Source: an uncultured virus (IMG/VR IMGVR_UViG_3300028888_002345)
Taxonomy: Duplodnaviria > Heunggongvirae > Uroviricota > Caudoviricetes
Length of the DNA stretch: 64,000 bases
Direction: 5' to 3' (one strand)
IMG/VR virus record: IMGVR_UViG_3300028888_002345
This document shows, piece by piece, positions 31,104 through 42,723 of the stretch (position 1 is its first letter; the number at the start of each line of letters is the position of its first letter). Under the pieces are notes generated by a model, which saw only the letters and a list, made by a program, of their open reading frames with translations, did not search any database and was not told where the DNA came from. A program made the translations under genes and the position numbers.

Positions 31104-32205
31104 TATAAAAGAAGTAGAAAAACTTTATCCAGGTGCTGGTGGCTTAATGATAGAACCACAACTTATCCACAAAGGTACTGATTCACAACTTAAAGCTTGT
31201 GATGATGGTACTTGGTTTGCCCAATTAAAAAAAGACGGGGCATTATATATGTATGTAAAAGGATTGGGTGGAGAAAATTATCTTTTTGGTAGAACAATAA
31301 GTAAAAAGACTGGTCTTTTAACAGAAAAATCTGCTAATGTACCACATATTATAGAAGCGTTTCATGATATTCCTAACGGAACAATTATTCTTGGTGAAAT
31401 TTATTATCCAGGTAAAACATCAAAAGATTGTGTTTCTATTATGGGATGCCTTCCTGAGAAAGCAATAGAAAGACAGAATGGATCATATGGACTGATTCAT
31501 TATTATGTTTATGATTGTCTTGGATATAATGGAACTAGTCTTTTAAAATATGATAACTGGACAAGGTATCAAGTATTACAAGCCATATGGAAAAAGCATA
31601 TATTTGGAAGTGTTATTCCTTTCACATTAGAACTCGCGGCGGCGGTTGAAGAAGAAATATACCAGTCCATCGGGAAAGCCCTGGCCGCAGGTGAAGAGGG
31701 TATGGTAGTTAAGAAGAAAACTGCTTTATATGAACCAGGTAAGCGTCCTCAAACTATGCTTAAAGCAAAACAAGTGGATAATATAGATGCAGTTATTATA
31801 GGATTTAAAGATCCAGAAGTTCATTATACCGGTAAAGAAATTGAAACTTGGCAATATTGGGTAAATGGTTATGACGGTTCTCATCTTCCTGTGGGTTTTC
31901 ATTATGGAGAAAGCGATGCAGATCCAGTAACAAAACATTATTATTATGGCTGGAAAAATGCTATTGAAATTGGTGCATATGATTCTAATGGACAGTTAAA
32001 ATCTATTGGTACTATTGCATCTGGACTTACAGATTATATGCGTGAAGATATGTCTATCCATCCAGAAAATTATCTTGATAAAGTTGTAGAAATACAATGT
32101 ATGATGAAAGATAATAAAGAACAAACTCTTAGACATGGTTTTTATTTAAGAACAAGAGAAGATAAAAATCCAAAAGAGTGCAAATTACAAGATATTTTTA
32201 AATAA
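31096..32205 (+). CDS. ATP-dependent DNA ligase
   Basis: KKDG, GEIY, YDCL, EGMVVK, LKAK, C-terminal OB fold. Confidence 0.85.
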   Translation: MFDIKEVEKLYPGAGGLMIEPQLIHKGTDSQLKACDDGTWFAQLKKDGALYMYVKGLGGENYLFGRTISKKTGLLTEKSANVPHIIEAFHDIPNGTIILGEIYYPGKTSKDCVSIMGCLPEKAIERQNGSYGLIHYYVYDCLGYNGTSLLKYDNWTRYQVLQAIWKKHIFGSVIPFTLELAAAVEEEIYQSIGKALAAGEEGMVVKKKTALYEPGKRPQTMLKAKQVDNIDAVIIGFKDPEVHYTGKEIETWQYWVNGYDGSHLPVGFHYGESDADPVTKHYYYGWKNAIEIGAYDSNGQLKSIGTIASGLTDYMREDMSIHPENYLDKVVEIQCMMKDNKEQTLRHGFYLRTREDKNPKECKLQDIFK

Positions 32206-32211
32206 AATATT

Positions 32212-32240
32212 TTGACTTAAATAAAAATTTTTGTTATAAT
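32212..32240 (+). promoter_or_regulatory. sigmaA-type promoter
   Basis: TTGACT-17-TATAAT. Confidence 0.75.
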
Positions 32241-32284
32241 AAATATAAATCAATTAAGATAAAATAATTTAAGGAGATAAAAAT

Positions 32285-32578
32285 ATGAAACTCAAAGAAA
32301 ATAGTAAGCTTGTATATGATTTTGTGAAGGCTCATCAGGATGAGGACATTACCGCAGAAGATATTAAGAATGCAACTGGTCTTAGTGCTAGACAGGTAAA
32401 TGGTATTATCACAATGGCTTTCCAGAGACATAAAGAAGAAGTTGATGGAGAAAAGGTTGAAGTTCCGCTTATGACTAGAGTTCCAGCAGAAATGGAACTT
32501 GAAGATGGTTCTCATAAGCCGATTAAGCTGATTAAACTTACTGAAGCTGGAATGAATATTGAAATTGAAGCTGAATAA
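32285..32578 (+). CDS. Winged-helix DNA-binding-like protein
   Basis: ITAEDIKNATGLSARQVNGII...IKLTEAG. Confidence 0.65.
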   Translation: MKLKENSKLVYDFVKAHQDEDITAEDIKNATGLSARQVNGIITMAFQRHKEEVDGEKVEVPLMTRVPAEMELEDGSHKPIKLIKLTEAGMNIEIEAE

Positions 32579-32632
32579 AGTAAATCATAAAAAGAAAAGG
32601 GTTGAGTAAAAACTCAACCCTATATTTAAATT

Positions 32633-33697
32633 ATGGAATATATATTTTTAATTTTAGGAATTATATTAATTTGTATAAGTTTATTTATTTTTTCAAGAAT
32701 TTCTAAAATTAAAATAGAAAAAAATAAATAGATTTAGCAAAAAAAATAGTTAATTTAGGAAATTAATAAACTTACTTAGGAAAAAAAGAAAGTAAGTAAA
32801 GATTTAAAACAATAGGCATAGAATATTAAAAAAGATATTTCTTATTAGATTAGTTATTTAAAAAGTTCAAAAGAGTTCTATACTAAAGAATTAAATACTT
32901 TAAAATCAACTTATCAAGATAAATATTAGGAATTAAATAAAATTAATCAAGAAATAAATAAAACTAGAAAAGAAGCAGATACTTTGTATGAACAATAGAA
33001 AGAAATAGTTTAGCAAAGAATAAAAGATTTTAAAGAAAATGCTTCTAAAGCTGCTAGTTATTATTTTGATAATATTTAGGAAGCTTATAAACACGCGGAC
33101 GCCGCTCATGCGGAGAAAATAGCTAAACTAAAAGAAGAATAGGACAGGGCCGCCGCGGATCTTAATACATTGAAAAGAACTCGTCAAGAAGTTGCTCAAG
33201 CTATATTAAAAGAAGCTTAGGTTAAACAAAAAGCTAATAATTATCGTCTTTTACCTTCTTAGACAGACTTACAAGATATTCATTCTCTTGAACGAATAAA
33301 ATAGACTTTACATAAACCTCGTATTTTATCTATGCTTATATGGCAAACTTATTTTCAACCCTTGGCTAAAAAACAATTTCCTTTTATTCTTCAAGATAAA
33401 ACAAAAATAGGGATATATAGAATATCTAATTTAAAAACGGATCAATTTTATATTGGACAAAGTACTGATATATATACAAGATGGTGTTCTCATTGTAAAG
33501 CTGGCTTAGGTATAGATACCCCGGTTGGAAATAAACTTTACAAAGCTATGCAAGAATATGGTCTTTAGAACTTTACTTTTGAATTACTTTGTGAATGTCC
33601 TAAGGAATAGTTAGATGAAAAAGAAAGATATTTTATAGATCTTTATCAAGCAGATTTATTTGGATATAATAGTCAAAAAGGAAATAAAATATTATGA
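32633..33697 (+). CDS. Membrane-anchored coiled-coil protein with C-terminal GIY-YIG nuclease domain (18 TAG)
   Basis: N-terminal TM; GIYRI..YIGQS..RW..H; YGL*NFTFE; GYN; ATGA coupling to the next gene. Confidence 0.85.
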
Positions 33698-34500
33698 AAT
33701 TTAAAAATACTTCAGTTATGAATTTTTAGGGAGCTTTTAGAGGTCTTCGCAACCCTCTTGAATCCTGGGAAAAATCAGATAGTTTTTTTGGTTTAGTTAA
33801 TATAGAATATGATAATTATGAAATAGATACTGTAATTTCTTCTTGGGTAGCATAGGAGTTACATGCTGAACCTCTTGAAGGACCTTATGAAGATTATGAA
33901 TTAGATGATAAATATCAAGAACTTTGGGATAAGTATTGGGATTGGTGGTATAATCAAGGTATTTTAGATAGAGGAGAGGACCTTATAAATGTAGTTTGTC
34001 TTGGACCTAAAGACCTTGACCTTGCTCAAAGAATGATTCGTGCAGGTAGTTCAGATAGAAAATTCCTTCGTCAGATTATGGTATCTGTTGATATAACAGG
34101 ACCTCTTTACTGGTATAAGGAGTTTGATACATATAAAATTGGTACCACTGCTAATAGTACAAGCACTATGCATAAGATAAGTAGCACTCCTATTACTCCA
34201 ACTTGTTTTGAGTTAGATGATTATAATAACGAAGTATTTAATCCAGAACTTTTTATAGACAATCTTGAAACATTAAGAAAGAAATATAACGAAACTAAAG
34301 ATCAGAGATATTGGAAAGAACTTATTCGCTGGCTTCCAGAAGGTTGGCTTCAGACTAGAACAGTAACATTAAATTATGAAATTTTAAGAAATATCTATTC
34401 TCAAAGAAAAAATCATCGTCTCACAGAATGGCATCAATTTTGTGATTGGATTAAGACCCTTCCCTATTCAAAAGAATTAATTCTCTATGGTCTTGACTAA
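33694..34500 (+). CDS. ThyX-like (flavin-dependent thymidylate synthase fold) protein (2 TAG)
   Basis: MNF*GAFRGLRNP, KFLRQI, EFDTYK, STSTMHK, QRKNHRL. Confidence 0.7.
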
Positions 34501-34521
34501 ATAAAAAATTTATGATATAAT
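34493..34521 (+). promoter_or_regulatory. sigmaA-type promoter
   Basis: TTGACT-17-TATAAT. Confidence 0.75.
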
Positions 34522-34580
34522 ATTTATATAAGTTAAAAAGATTAATAATTAATAAACAATTTATAAAAAGGATTAAAATT

Positions 34581-35513
34581 ATGAAGAAAGATTTTAAAAA
34601 TGCAGAAAGTATCTCAGGACGTCTTTATCAGCACAATCTTGAAAAAAAGGTTGTTCAGAATAAGGATTCTAAAAATTATGGCACTGAATTTATTTCAGGT
34701 ACTGTTGATATTGCAACTGATGAAGACGGACTTAATGTTATTCCGATTCATTACACTTATGTAACAGAAGTAACTAGCAGTGGAAAGAAGAATGTTACTT
34801 TTGGAGTTCTTGAGTCTATTATCAATGGAGCAAAAACTTGGATTACAGACGGAAAAGATGCAGCTCTTAAAGTTCGTGCAAATACGGCTCTTGCTTTAAA
34901 TGATTTTTATAATCAGAGTGGTGAACTTGTTTCTGCAAGACGTAATGAAGGTGGTTTTCTTAATGTAATTAATGAACTTCCGCCAGAAAATGAAAGAGCA
35001 ACTTTTGCTTTTGATATGGTAATTACTTCTGCAACAAGAGTAGAAGCTGATGGAGAAAATATTCCTGAAGATTTTGTTAGACTTAAAGGTGCAATTTTTA
35101 ATTTCAGAAAAGACCTTCTGCCGGTTGAATTTGTTTGCAGAGATGAAGGTGGAATGGCTTATTTTGAAAGTACTGATGCTTCTCCAAAGAATCCAATTTT
35201 CACAGAAATTCGTGGTAATGTAGTAAGTAATACAATTAAAAGAGAAATTGAAGAAGAATCTGCTTTTGGTTCAGCAAGTGTTAGAACTGTAACAAGAACT
35301 GTTAGAGAATGGCAGGTTAACTGGGCAAGACCAACAGAATATACTTTTGGCGAGGAAGATACAATTACAGCAGAAGAACTGAATACAGCAATTCAGAATC
35401 GTCAGGTTTATTTAGCTGAAGTAAAGAAACGTGCTGATGATTATAAGGCTTCTAAAGCAACTTCAGCCGCTCCTAAAACAACAAGTGTTCCAGCAGGCGG
35501 ATTTGATTTTTAA
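34581..35513 (+). CDS. Putative single-stranded DNA-binding protein
   Basis: Beta-rich; flexible tail ending GGFDF; upstream of an AAA recombinase-like gene. Confidence 0.55.
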   Translation: MKKDFKNAESISGRLYQHNLEKKVVQNKDSKNYGTEFISGTVDIATDEDGLNVIPIHYTYVTEVTSSGKKNVTFGVLESIINGAKTWITDGKDAALKVRANTALALNDFYNQSGELVSARRNEGGFLNVINELPPENERATFAFDMVITSATRVEADGENIPEDFVRLKGAIFNFRKDLLPVEFVCRDEGGMAYFESTDASPKNPIFTEIRGNVVSNTIKREIEEESAFGSASVRTVTRTVREWQVNWARPTEYTFGEEDTITAEELNTAIQNRQVYLAEVKKRADDYKASKATSAAPKTTSVPAGGFDF

Positions 35514-35577
35514 TTAAAATATTAAAAGATTTTATAGGGAAGGGATTTAATTCCCTTCCTTTTTTAAGGAGAGTATA

Positions 35578-36540
35578 ATGGCAATTAATTTACTTTAGAT
35601 TAAACCACATAAAGTTAGTACAGATTTAACAGGATATATTACTTATATATATGGTGCCCCTAAAACTGGAAAGACAACACTTGCAACTCAAATGCCTAAT
35701 GCTATTCTTTTAGCTTTTGAAAAGGGTTATAATGCTCTTCCTGGAGTTATGGCACAGGATATTACCTCTTGGGGAGAAATGAAACAAGTTTTTAGAGAAC
35801 TTAAAAAGCCTGCTGTTAAAGAAATGTATCAAAGTATTATTGTTGATACAATCGATATTGCAGCAGATATGTGTCAGAAATATATCTGTGATCAGAACGG
35901 AATTACAACTCTTGGATAGTTAGGTTTCGGTAAAGGCTGGACATTTTTTAAAAATGAATTTAGTCAAGTTTTTAGAGGATTAACTCAGCTTGGATATGCT
36001 GTTTTATTTATTGGACATGATAGAGAAATCATGGATGATGCTGGAAATAAAACAATTAGACCTGCATTAAGTAATTCTACTAGAACAGTTATCGCAGGAA
36101 TGGCAGATATTATTGGGTATGCACATCAAGTTAAAGGAAAAGATAGTGATAAAACTTCTACTTTAACGATTAGATGTACTGATGATAGCATCGAATGTGG
36201 TGCTAGATTTAAGTATATTAAATCTGAATTTCCAATGAGTTACGATAATCTTATTAAAGAATTAAAAGAAGCAATAGAAAAAGAAGCTGCTGAACATAAT
36301 AATGAATTTATTACAGATGAAAAAGAAACAGTAGTAGAAAAAGAAGAATATAATTTTGATACTTTAATGAAAGAGTTTCAAGGTCTTGTTCAAGCCCTTA
36401 TGGATGAAAATGAAAATAATGCAGGGAAAATTACTGCTACTGTGGAGCATTATCTTGGCAAAGGTAAGAAAGCTAGTGAAATTACACCTTATCAGGCTGA
36501 ATTTTTAGCTTTAATTAATGAAGATTTAAAGAATTTATAA
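35578..36540 (+). CDS. AAA_24/Sak4-like ATPase (2 TAG)
   Basis: YGAPKTGKTT, FEKG, IIVDT, LG*LGFGKGW; read-through joins two track ORFs. Confidence 0.82.
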
Positions 36541-36541
36541 T

Positions 36542-36757
36542 ATGGAAGAAAATAAATTTATTAATATTTCTATAGAACAATATTCTCAATCAATTATTGC
36601 TTTACAAAAATTAGATGATATTAAAAAAATAGCATAGGGGTGGAGAATGGGAATTAACTCTGGATCTACAGATGATTCTGGAGAATATATTTATCATACA
36701 ATAGATGATGATGATGCTATGTTGGCTATTTGTTCAATATTAGAAATAGGAATTTAA
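36542..36757 (+). CDS. Hypothetical protein (1 TAG)
   Basis: Open with read-through. Confidence 0.55.
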
Positions 36758-36817
36758 AATTATAACTCACAACTGTGAGTTTTTAACTTTAATTAATGAG
36801 GATTTAAAAAATCTTTA

Positions 36818-37003
36818 ATGGATAAAGATATAATTCATATTATTTTTAGTAATAAAGAAAATCATGATATAGTAGATTTATTTCATGAAGCTTATATAGA
36901 AAGAGAATTTACTGAAAATAAATTAAAAGAATTTTTTATTTTTGATTTAACAAAAGAAGAAATAAAAGAACTTGCTAAGAATTTAAACGCGGCGGCGGAT
37001 TAA
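36818..37003 (+). CDS. Hypothetical protein
   Basis: Track ORF. Confidence 0.55.
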   Translation: MDKDIIHIIFSNKENHDIVDLFHEAYIEREFTENKLKEFFIFDLTKEEIKELAKNLNAAAD

Positions 37004-37015
37004 CCGTTGCCGTGT

Positions 37016-37044
37016 TTGACTTTAATAATAATTTTTGATATAAT
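37016..37044 (+). promoter_or_regulatory. sigmaA-type promoter
   Basis: TTGACT-17-TATAAT. Confidence 0.75.
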
Positions 37045-37068
37045 ATAAATATAATTTAAAAAGAAGGT

Positions 37069-37578
37069 ATGTTTATGCCCAAAGCAATGGTAAAATGTCT
37101 TTATTGTGGGCAACAATTTGATAGACTATCAGAACCAAATATTAAAATAGGAAGAAGATACGCACATAAATCATGTTATGAATCTCAAGATGCTGAAGAT
37201 TTAAAAAGGCAAAAAGATGAACATGATTTTTTTGAGTACATAAAAGAAATATATGGAGAAGACTATAATTATATTTCAATCCATAAACAAGCAGAAAATT
37301 ATATAAAACAATATAATTTTACATATAGTGGTATGTTAAAATCTCTTAAATGGTTTTATGAGGTTAAAGGAAGCAATAAAGATTCCGCTAATGGAAGAAT
37401 AGGTATTATTCCATATATTTATGAAGATGCTAAAAAATATTATTATAATCTTTATTTAGCACAACAAAGAAATAAGGATATTAAAGAATATCGATTAGAG
37501 GTTAAGGAGATCGTGATAGCCTCCCCGCGTATGTATATAGCACCACCAAAATTATTTGACTTAGGAGATGAAGATTAA
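37069..37578 (+). CDS. Zn-finger protein upstream of the helicase
   Basis: CLYC...HKSC; GIIPYIYE. Confidence 0.7.
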   Translation: MFMPKAMVKCLYCGQQFDRLSEPNIKIGRRYAHKSCYESQDAEDLKRQKDEHDFFEYIKEIYGEDYNYISIHKQAENYIKQYNFTYSGMLKSLKWFYEVKGSNKDSANGRIGIIPYIYEDAKKYYYNLYLAQQRNKDIKEYRLEVKEIVIASPRMYIAPPKLFDLGDED

Positions 37579-37847
37579 TGGATTATAGTAAATATAGTAA
37601 AGAACAATTAGAAATATTTTGTCATAATAAGGATTTAGAAATAGAAAGAAATAGAAATAAAATCCTTCTTCTTGCAGGGTGTGTTGCTTTTGGTGATAAT
37701 GATGGTATGAATGGAACGTGCGTAGATTGCTCTTATGAAGATCTAGTTTTATGGGAAAGATGTAGTTCTTTCAAATTTGCTTTCAAAAAATATCTTGATA
37801 GAATAAATGCAAGAAAACTAGGTGATAAAGATGCCAAATTATACTGA
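37578..37847 (+). CDS. Hypothetical protein
   Basis: TAATG coupling. Confidence 0.6.
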   Translation: MDYSKYSKEQLEIFCHNKDLEIERNRNKILLLAGCVAFGDNDGMNGTCVDCSYEDLVLWERCSSFKFAFKKYLDRINARKLGDKDAKLY

Positions 37848-39342
37848 TGTACCAGCATGTATGCAAATTATAGGAGCAGTTTATAATAATCCCTCTCTCC
37901 TTGATAATGAAAAGTATCATTTTAATAATGAAGATTTTACAGAAGAATTTCATAAAATTCTTTTTGGTTCTATTTATAATCTTCATCAACTTGGGGCTAA
38001 AGAAATAAATGTAAATACAATAACAGATTATCTTGAAACACGTCCTTCTAAACTTGCAGTATTTAAAGTAAATAATGGAGTAGAATATTTACATAAACTT
38101 TCTGAGAATACTCAGCTTGCTGCTTTTGATTATTATTACAATAGAGTGAAAAAAATGACTCTATTTCGTATGTATCAATCTATTGGATTTGATTGCTCAA
38201 GTATTTATGACATAGATAATATTTTTGATGTAAAGAAAAAACAGGCTCAAGAAGATTGGTTAGATAATACACCTATTGAAAAAATAGCCGATTTAATTGA
38301 TGGCAAAATTCAACAGATAAAGATGAAATATGTAGATAATGCAGATACAGTATTTCAACAAGCTGGTGAAGGAGTTGAAGATTTAATTGTTAAGCTGATG
38401 GAATTTCCAGAAGTCGGCTATCCTTTATATGGTAGATTAATTAACACAATAACACGCGGCGCCCGGTTAGGGAAGTTATACCTACGCTCTGCGGCGACAG
38501 GTGTTGGTAAAACACGTGCAATGATTGCAGACTGTTGTTATGTAGGATGTAATGAATTATATAATCCAGAAACTAAACAATGGGAAGAAAATGGCACAAA
38601 AGAGCCTTGTGTATATATTACGACTGAACAACAAATAGATGAAATTCAAACCATGATGTTAGCTTTTATATCTAATGTAAATGAAAAAAATATTCTTAAT
38701 AATGAATATTATGGAGATGAATTAGACCGTGTAAGAAAAGCTGCACAGATTTTAAAAAGTAGTAATATATATATAAAACGATTACCTGATTTTACTTTAC
38801 AAGATATTGAAAATACTATTAAATATGGTATCCGCGAATGGGAAGCAAGATATTTTTTTCATGATTATGTTCATACTAGTATGAAAATCCTTAGTGAAGT
38901 AAGCGGAAAGAGTAGAGTTGAAGGATTAAAAGAATATAATATTCTTTTTATGATAGCTGTTAGATTAAAAGACTTATGTGTTGAAAATGGAATTTTTATC
39001 GAAACAGCAACTCAGCTTAATAGTGAATATCGACATGCTCAAGTTTATGATCAGAATCTATTACGAGGTGCGAAGAGTATTGCCGATAAAATTGACTTAG
39101 GGGAGATTATGTTAGAAGTATCGTCAGAAGACCGTGACGCATTAAGTGATGTAATTAATAGAAATGGTCTTCCAATGCCAGATATAAAGATTAGTGTTTA
39201 TAAAAATAGACGAGGAGAATATAAAGATATTCTTCTTTGGTGTGTAAGTAATCGAGGGTGTTGTAAGATAGATCCTGTTTTTGTGACCAATTATCAATAT
39301 GAACTTATTAATATTCCAGATATAAGGATTAAAGTAAAATGA
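37831..39342 (+). CDS. dnaB: DnaB-like replicative helicase
   Basis: AATGVGKT, ITTEQ, HDY, TQLN, KNRRG. Confidence 0.85.
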   Translation: MPNYTDVPACMQIIGAVYNNPSLLDNEKYHFNNEDFTEEFHKILFGSIYNLHQLGAKEINVNTITDYLETRPSKLAVFKVNNGVEYLHKLSENTQLAAFDYYYNRVKKMTLFRMYQSIGFDCSSIYDIDNIFDVKKKQAQEDWLDNTPIEKIADLIDGKIQQIKMKYVDNADTVFQQAGEGVEDLIVKLMEFPEVGYPLYGRLINTITRGARLGKLYLRSAATGVGKTRAMIADCCYVGCNELYNPETKQWEENGTKEPCVYITTEQQIDEIQTMMLAFISNVNEKNILNNEYYGDELDRVRKAAQILKSSNIYIKRLPDFTLQDIENTIKYGIREWEARYFFHDYVHTSMKILSEVSGKSRVEGLKEYNILFMIAVRLKDLCVENGIFIETATQLNSEYRHAQVYDQNLLRGAKSIADKIDLGEIMLEVSSEDRDALSDVINRNGLPMPDIKISVYKNRRGEYKDILLWCVSNRGCCKIDPVFVTNYQYELINIPDIRIKVK

Positions 39343-39641
39343 AAAATTAGTATTGGTATTTTAAAGATGGAGTTCAATCAGATAAAACTAAATAGGAATA
39401 GGTAAAAGGAAAAAATCCTTTTATTATATGGAATTACTTAGATTTATTCAAAAAATATGATATTCCTATGATATATAAAGAATGGTATTATAGATTATAT
39501 AATTAGTATAAAAGAAATAGAACCTATTAGGAAATGCAAAGAATTGTTTTTGGTAAATATTTAGCATTAATGAAATTAAAAGGTTATAAAGATTTTTCTT
39601 TTAAGGATAGTGAATATTTTAATAATTATGAAAAACTATGA
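39339..39641 (+). CDS. Hypothetical protein (5 TAG)
   Basis: ATGA coupling to the helicase; VFGKYLALMKLKGYKDFSFKDSE. Confidence 0.65.
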
Positions 39642-40770
39642 TAAAAATAAGATTAAAAACTCATTATCTATAGAACAAGTGTTTGACCTTGTTTCAGAAT
39701 TAGGTGGAGAGCCAATAATGAATAATGGCTACTTCACCTCTGAAACTATATGTCATAATCATCCTGGTGATGGTAGCCATAAACTTTATTACTATGACAA
39801 TACAAAACTTTTTCGTTGCTATACAGAATGTAATGATACTTTTGATATTTTTCAACTTGTATGCAAAGTAAAAAATATTGCTCAAGAGTATAAAATAAGA
39901 TATGATGAAGAAGGAAAAGAAGTTTTTCGAGAATGGGGGCTATATGATGCAGTACAGTTCGTTGCTGTATTTTATGGTATCGAAGCAGAAAATGAAAAAT
40001 TTTTTGAAAAACGTATAGAACTTCAGGATTGGGAATTTTTAAATAAATATGAAGCAAATAATCTTGAAAAACAAAGACAAATTATTAATTTACATATTTA
40101 TGATGAAAAAATATTAGAGTATCTCCCGCGGCCGCGGTTAAAAGATTGGGAAGACGAGGGTATAAGTGACGAAGTGGCGGCCGCCGCGAATATTTGTTAT
40201 GACCCTCATGCAAACGGAATTATTATTCCTCATTATAATATAAACGATCAATTAATAGGAATTAGAATAAGAACATTGGTTAAGGAGCAAGAGCAATATG
40301 GTAAATATCGACCTGCTATACTCAATGGTAAAATGTATAATCATCCTCTTGGGTTTAATTTATATAATATTAATAATAGTAAAAAACATATCGCAACTTT
40401 CAAAAAATGCTTTATATTTGAAAGTGAAAAGTCTTGTCTTAAATACGCTTCTTATTTTGGTCTTAATAATGATATTTCTGTGGCTATATGTGGAAACGCA
40501 TTAAATAATTATCAAGTTGAATTACTTTTATCATTAGGAGTTAAAGAAATAGTTATTGCTCTTGATAAACAATATAAACAAATTAGAGATGAAGAGTGGA
40601 AAAGATGGACTACAAAGTATTATCAAATTCATAATAAATATGGAAAAGAAGTGCAGATAAGTTATATGTTTGATTTTGATAAGTATCTTGACTATAAGGA
40701 TAGTCCTATTGATAAAGGAAAAGAAGTTTTTCTTAGATTATATCAAAACAGAGTAATTGTATCAAAATAA
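39628..40770 (+). CDS. dnaG: DNA primase (Zn finger + Toprim)
   Basis: CHN...CYTEC; IIIPHY; FESEKS; ALDKQY. Confidence 0.82.
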   Translation: MKNYDKNKIKNSLSIEQVFDLVSELGGEPIMNNGYFTSETICHNHPGDGSHKLYYYDNTKLFRCYTECNDTFDIFQLVCKVKNIAQEYKIRYDEEGKEVFREWGLYDAVQFVAVFYGIEAENEKFFEKRIELQDWEFLNKYEANNLEKQRQIINLHIYDEKILEYLPRPRLKDWEDEGISDEVAAAANICYDPHANGIIIPHYNINDQLIGIRIRTLVKEQEQYGKYRPAILNGKMYNHPLGFNLYNINNSKKHIATFKKCFIFESEKSCLKYASYFGLNNDISVAICGNALNNYQVELLLSLGVKEIVIALDKQYKQIRDEEWKRWTTKYYQIHNKYGKEVQISYMFDFDKYLDYKDSPIDKGKEVFLRLYQNRVIVSK

Positions 40771-40839
40771 ATTAATTTATTTTGATACTTTTTTTATTTT
40801 CTATAGAAAATTTAATTTTATTCAAAGGAGAATAATTTT

Positions 40840-41745
40840 ATGATATAGAAAATAAAGAATTTAAAAGGATATATTGATTGTCCTAAATGTTTTTCTTTAT
40901 TACAATGGGATGATATAAAAGATATAAAAGTTTTTAATGGTAATAAATATATAGTTTGTCCAGTATGTGGACAGAGTTTAATGCTCGATCCTAAAAAAGA
41001 TTATTGGATAGGGGAAGAAAATAATAAATAGAATAATTCTTTTAATTTTATAAAAGTCGTAACGAAATTACCTGAAACTGGCGATCCTAATTATATTTAT
41101 GCAATTAAATATCATTTATATACTGCTTATATAAAAGATGAATAGGCTCAAATAAATATTAATGGAGATCAAGATTTAGTTATAGTAGAAAAAGAAATAC
41201 CAAATATTCTTTTATAGACTTTTTTTATAGGACTTTTACCAGACTATAAGCTTTATTTTAATTTAGGAACATTACAAATAGATACAAATTATATGTTAGA
41301 CAAAGAGTCAATTCATTATGTATCTACTCCACCGGCAGTAATAGAAGATAAACATGCTTATCTTATTGATAAAGGATAGTTTTATAAAACATATACTTAT
41401 TCTTCCTCTATGGGATGGATTAATACAAATAAAAAAGAAATGACTTTTTATTTTGAATATCCAGGAACAGCAAGCGAAGCTGGAATAACAGGTTATCTTT
41501 ATTCTGATAAAGAACATACTACAAAAATTACTAGCGGTGATTTAGAACTTTATCGTGCAAATTAGATAAAATAGTATTCTATTACTTATATTGGAAATAA
41601 TGAAGAAGAAGAAATAATTTTTTATCCTATGGATATTAATTATTCAGAAGAATATAATATTTATTATTATTCTAGAGTAAGCACTTATAATAAAAATACA
41701 AAAGAAACAATAAGTTTAGAAATTGCAGAGAATATAATTCATTAA
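40840..41745 (+). CDS. Family-A protein: N-terminal CPxC..CPxC Zn ribbon plus variable C-terminus (7 TAG)
   Basis: Paralogous N-terminus with 42724 and 44948. Confidence 0.75.
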
Positions 41746-41758
41746 AAAGGAGAATAAT

Positions 41759-42706
41759 ATGGCAGTTTTAATTGGACATGCTAGATCAGATGAATACAGC
41801 CGCGCTTCAGGCGGAGCAGCAGGAGACCAAAAACAATCTGCTATTCCTGATTATAAAGGATAGGTAAGTATAAGTGCTTGGTATCTTCATAATTTAGGCT
41901 GGGTTCTTATTCGTGCAAAAAATGCCACGGCTCGTTAGAAAATAGCAAAAAATGCAGAATATGCATGTAATAATAAAAATATAGGATACGATCAATCACA
42001 AAATAGAACATTATATGACGTAGTAAAAAATTTAAACTATGATTGTTCAAAAGTAACAACTAAATGTGAAACTGATTGTGCTCAATTAGTCCGTGTCTGT
42101 GTATTATATGCAGGTATAAAATGCGGAGACTTTTGGACAGTAACTGAAAAAGATGTTCTTAATGCAACAGGGCAGTTTGATATTTATACTTCTGATAAAT
42201 ATTGCAAATCAAGTGATTATCTTCTTAGAGGAGATATTTTAGTTACAAGAAGTAAAGGACATACTGTAGTTGTTCTTTCAAATGGAGCAAAAGTAAATAA
42301 TAATAATGATAATAATACTTTTAAGACAAAAGTTAAAGATTTTCAGAGTTTCTTAAATAAAAATTATCTTCAAATTTTAACAACAGCAAAAGTAAATCAA
42401 CTTACTGTAGATGGCGAATATGGTCCTAAAACACGCGCGGCCGCCGTTGCAGTCTGGAAATACATGGCAAATAAATACTATGGATCTAATTTAACTATTG
42501 GAAATAGCAATTTCTTTGAATCTTGTAAAGCGGTAGCTGTTAAAATGACAGATGAAGAAGTTAGTAAACATTTTACTTTAGAAGAAATTTTAAATGGAGT
42601 TTTAGCTGGGAAAGGATATAATAATATAAAAGTTTACCAAGTAGCTAAAAAAATAAATGGAAATGGCAGTTTAAATGCAGATACTTGGTATAGTTTATTT
42701 AACTAA
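41759..42706 (+). CDS. Cell-wall hydrolase (NlpC/P60-like) with peptidoglycan-binding motif (2 TAG)
   Basis: GDQ..KG*VS, IGYDQ, ETDCAQLV, GDILV..GHT, VDGEYGPKT. Confidence 0.8.
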
Positions 42707-42723
42707 GGAGAAAAATAATACAT

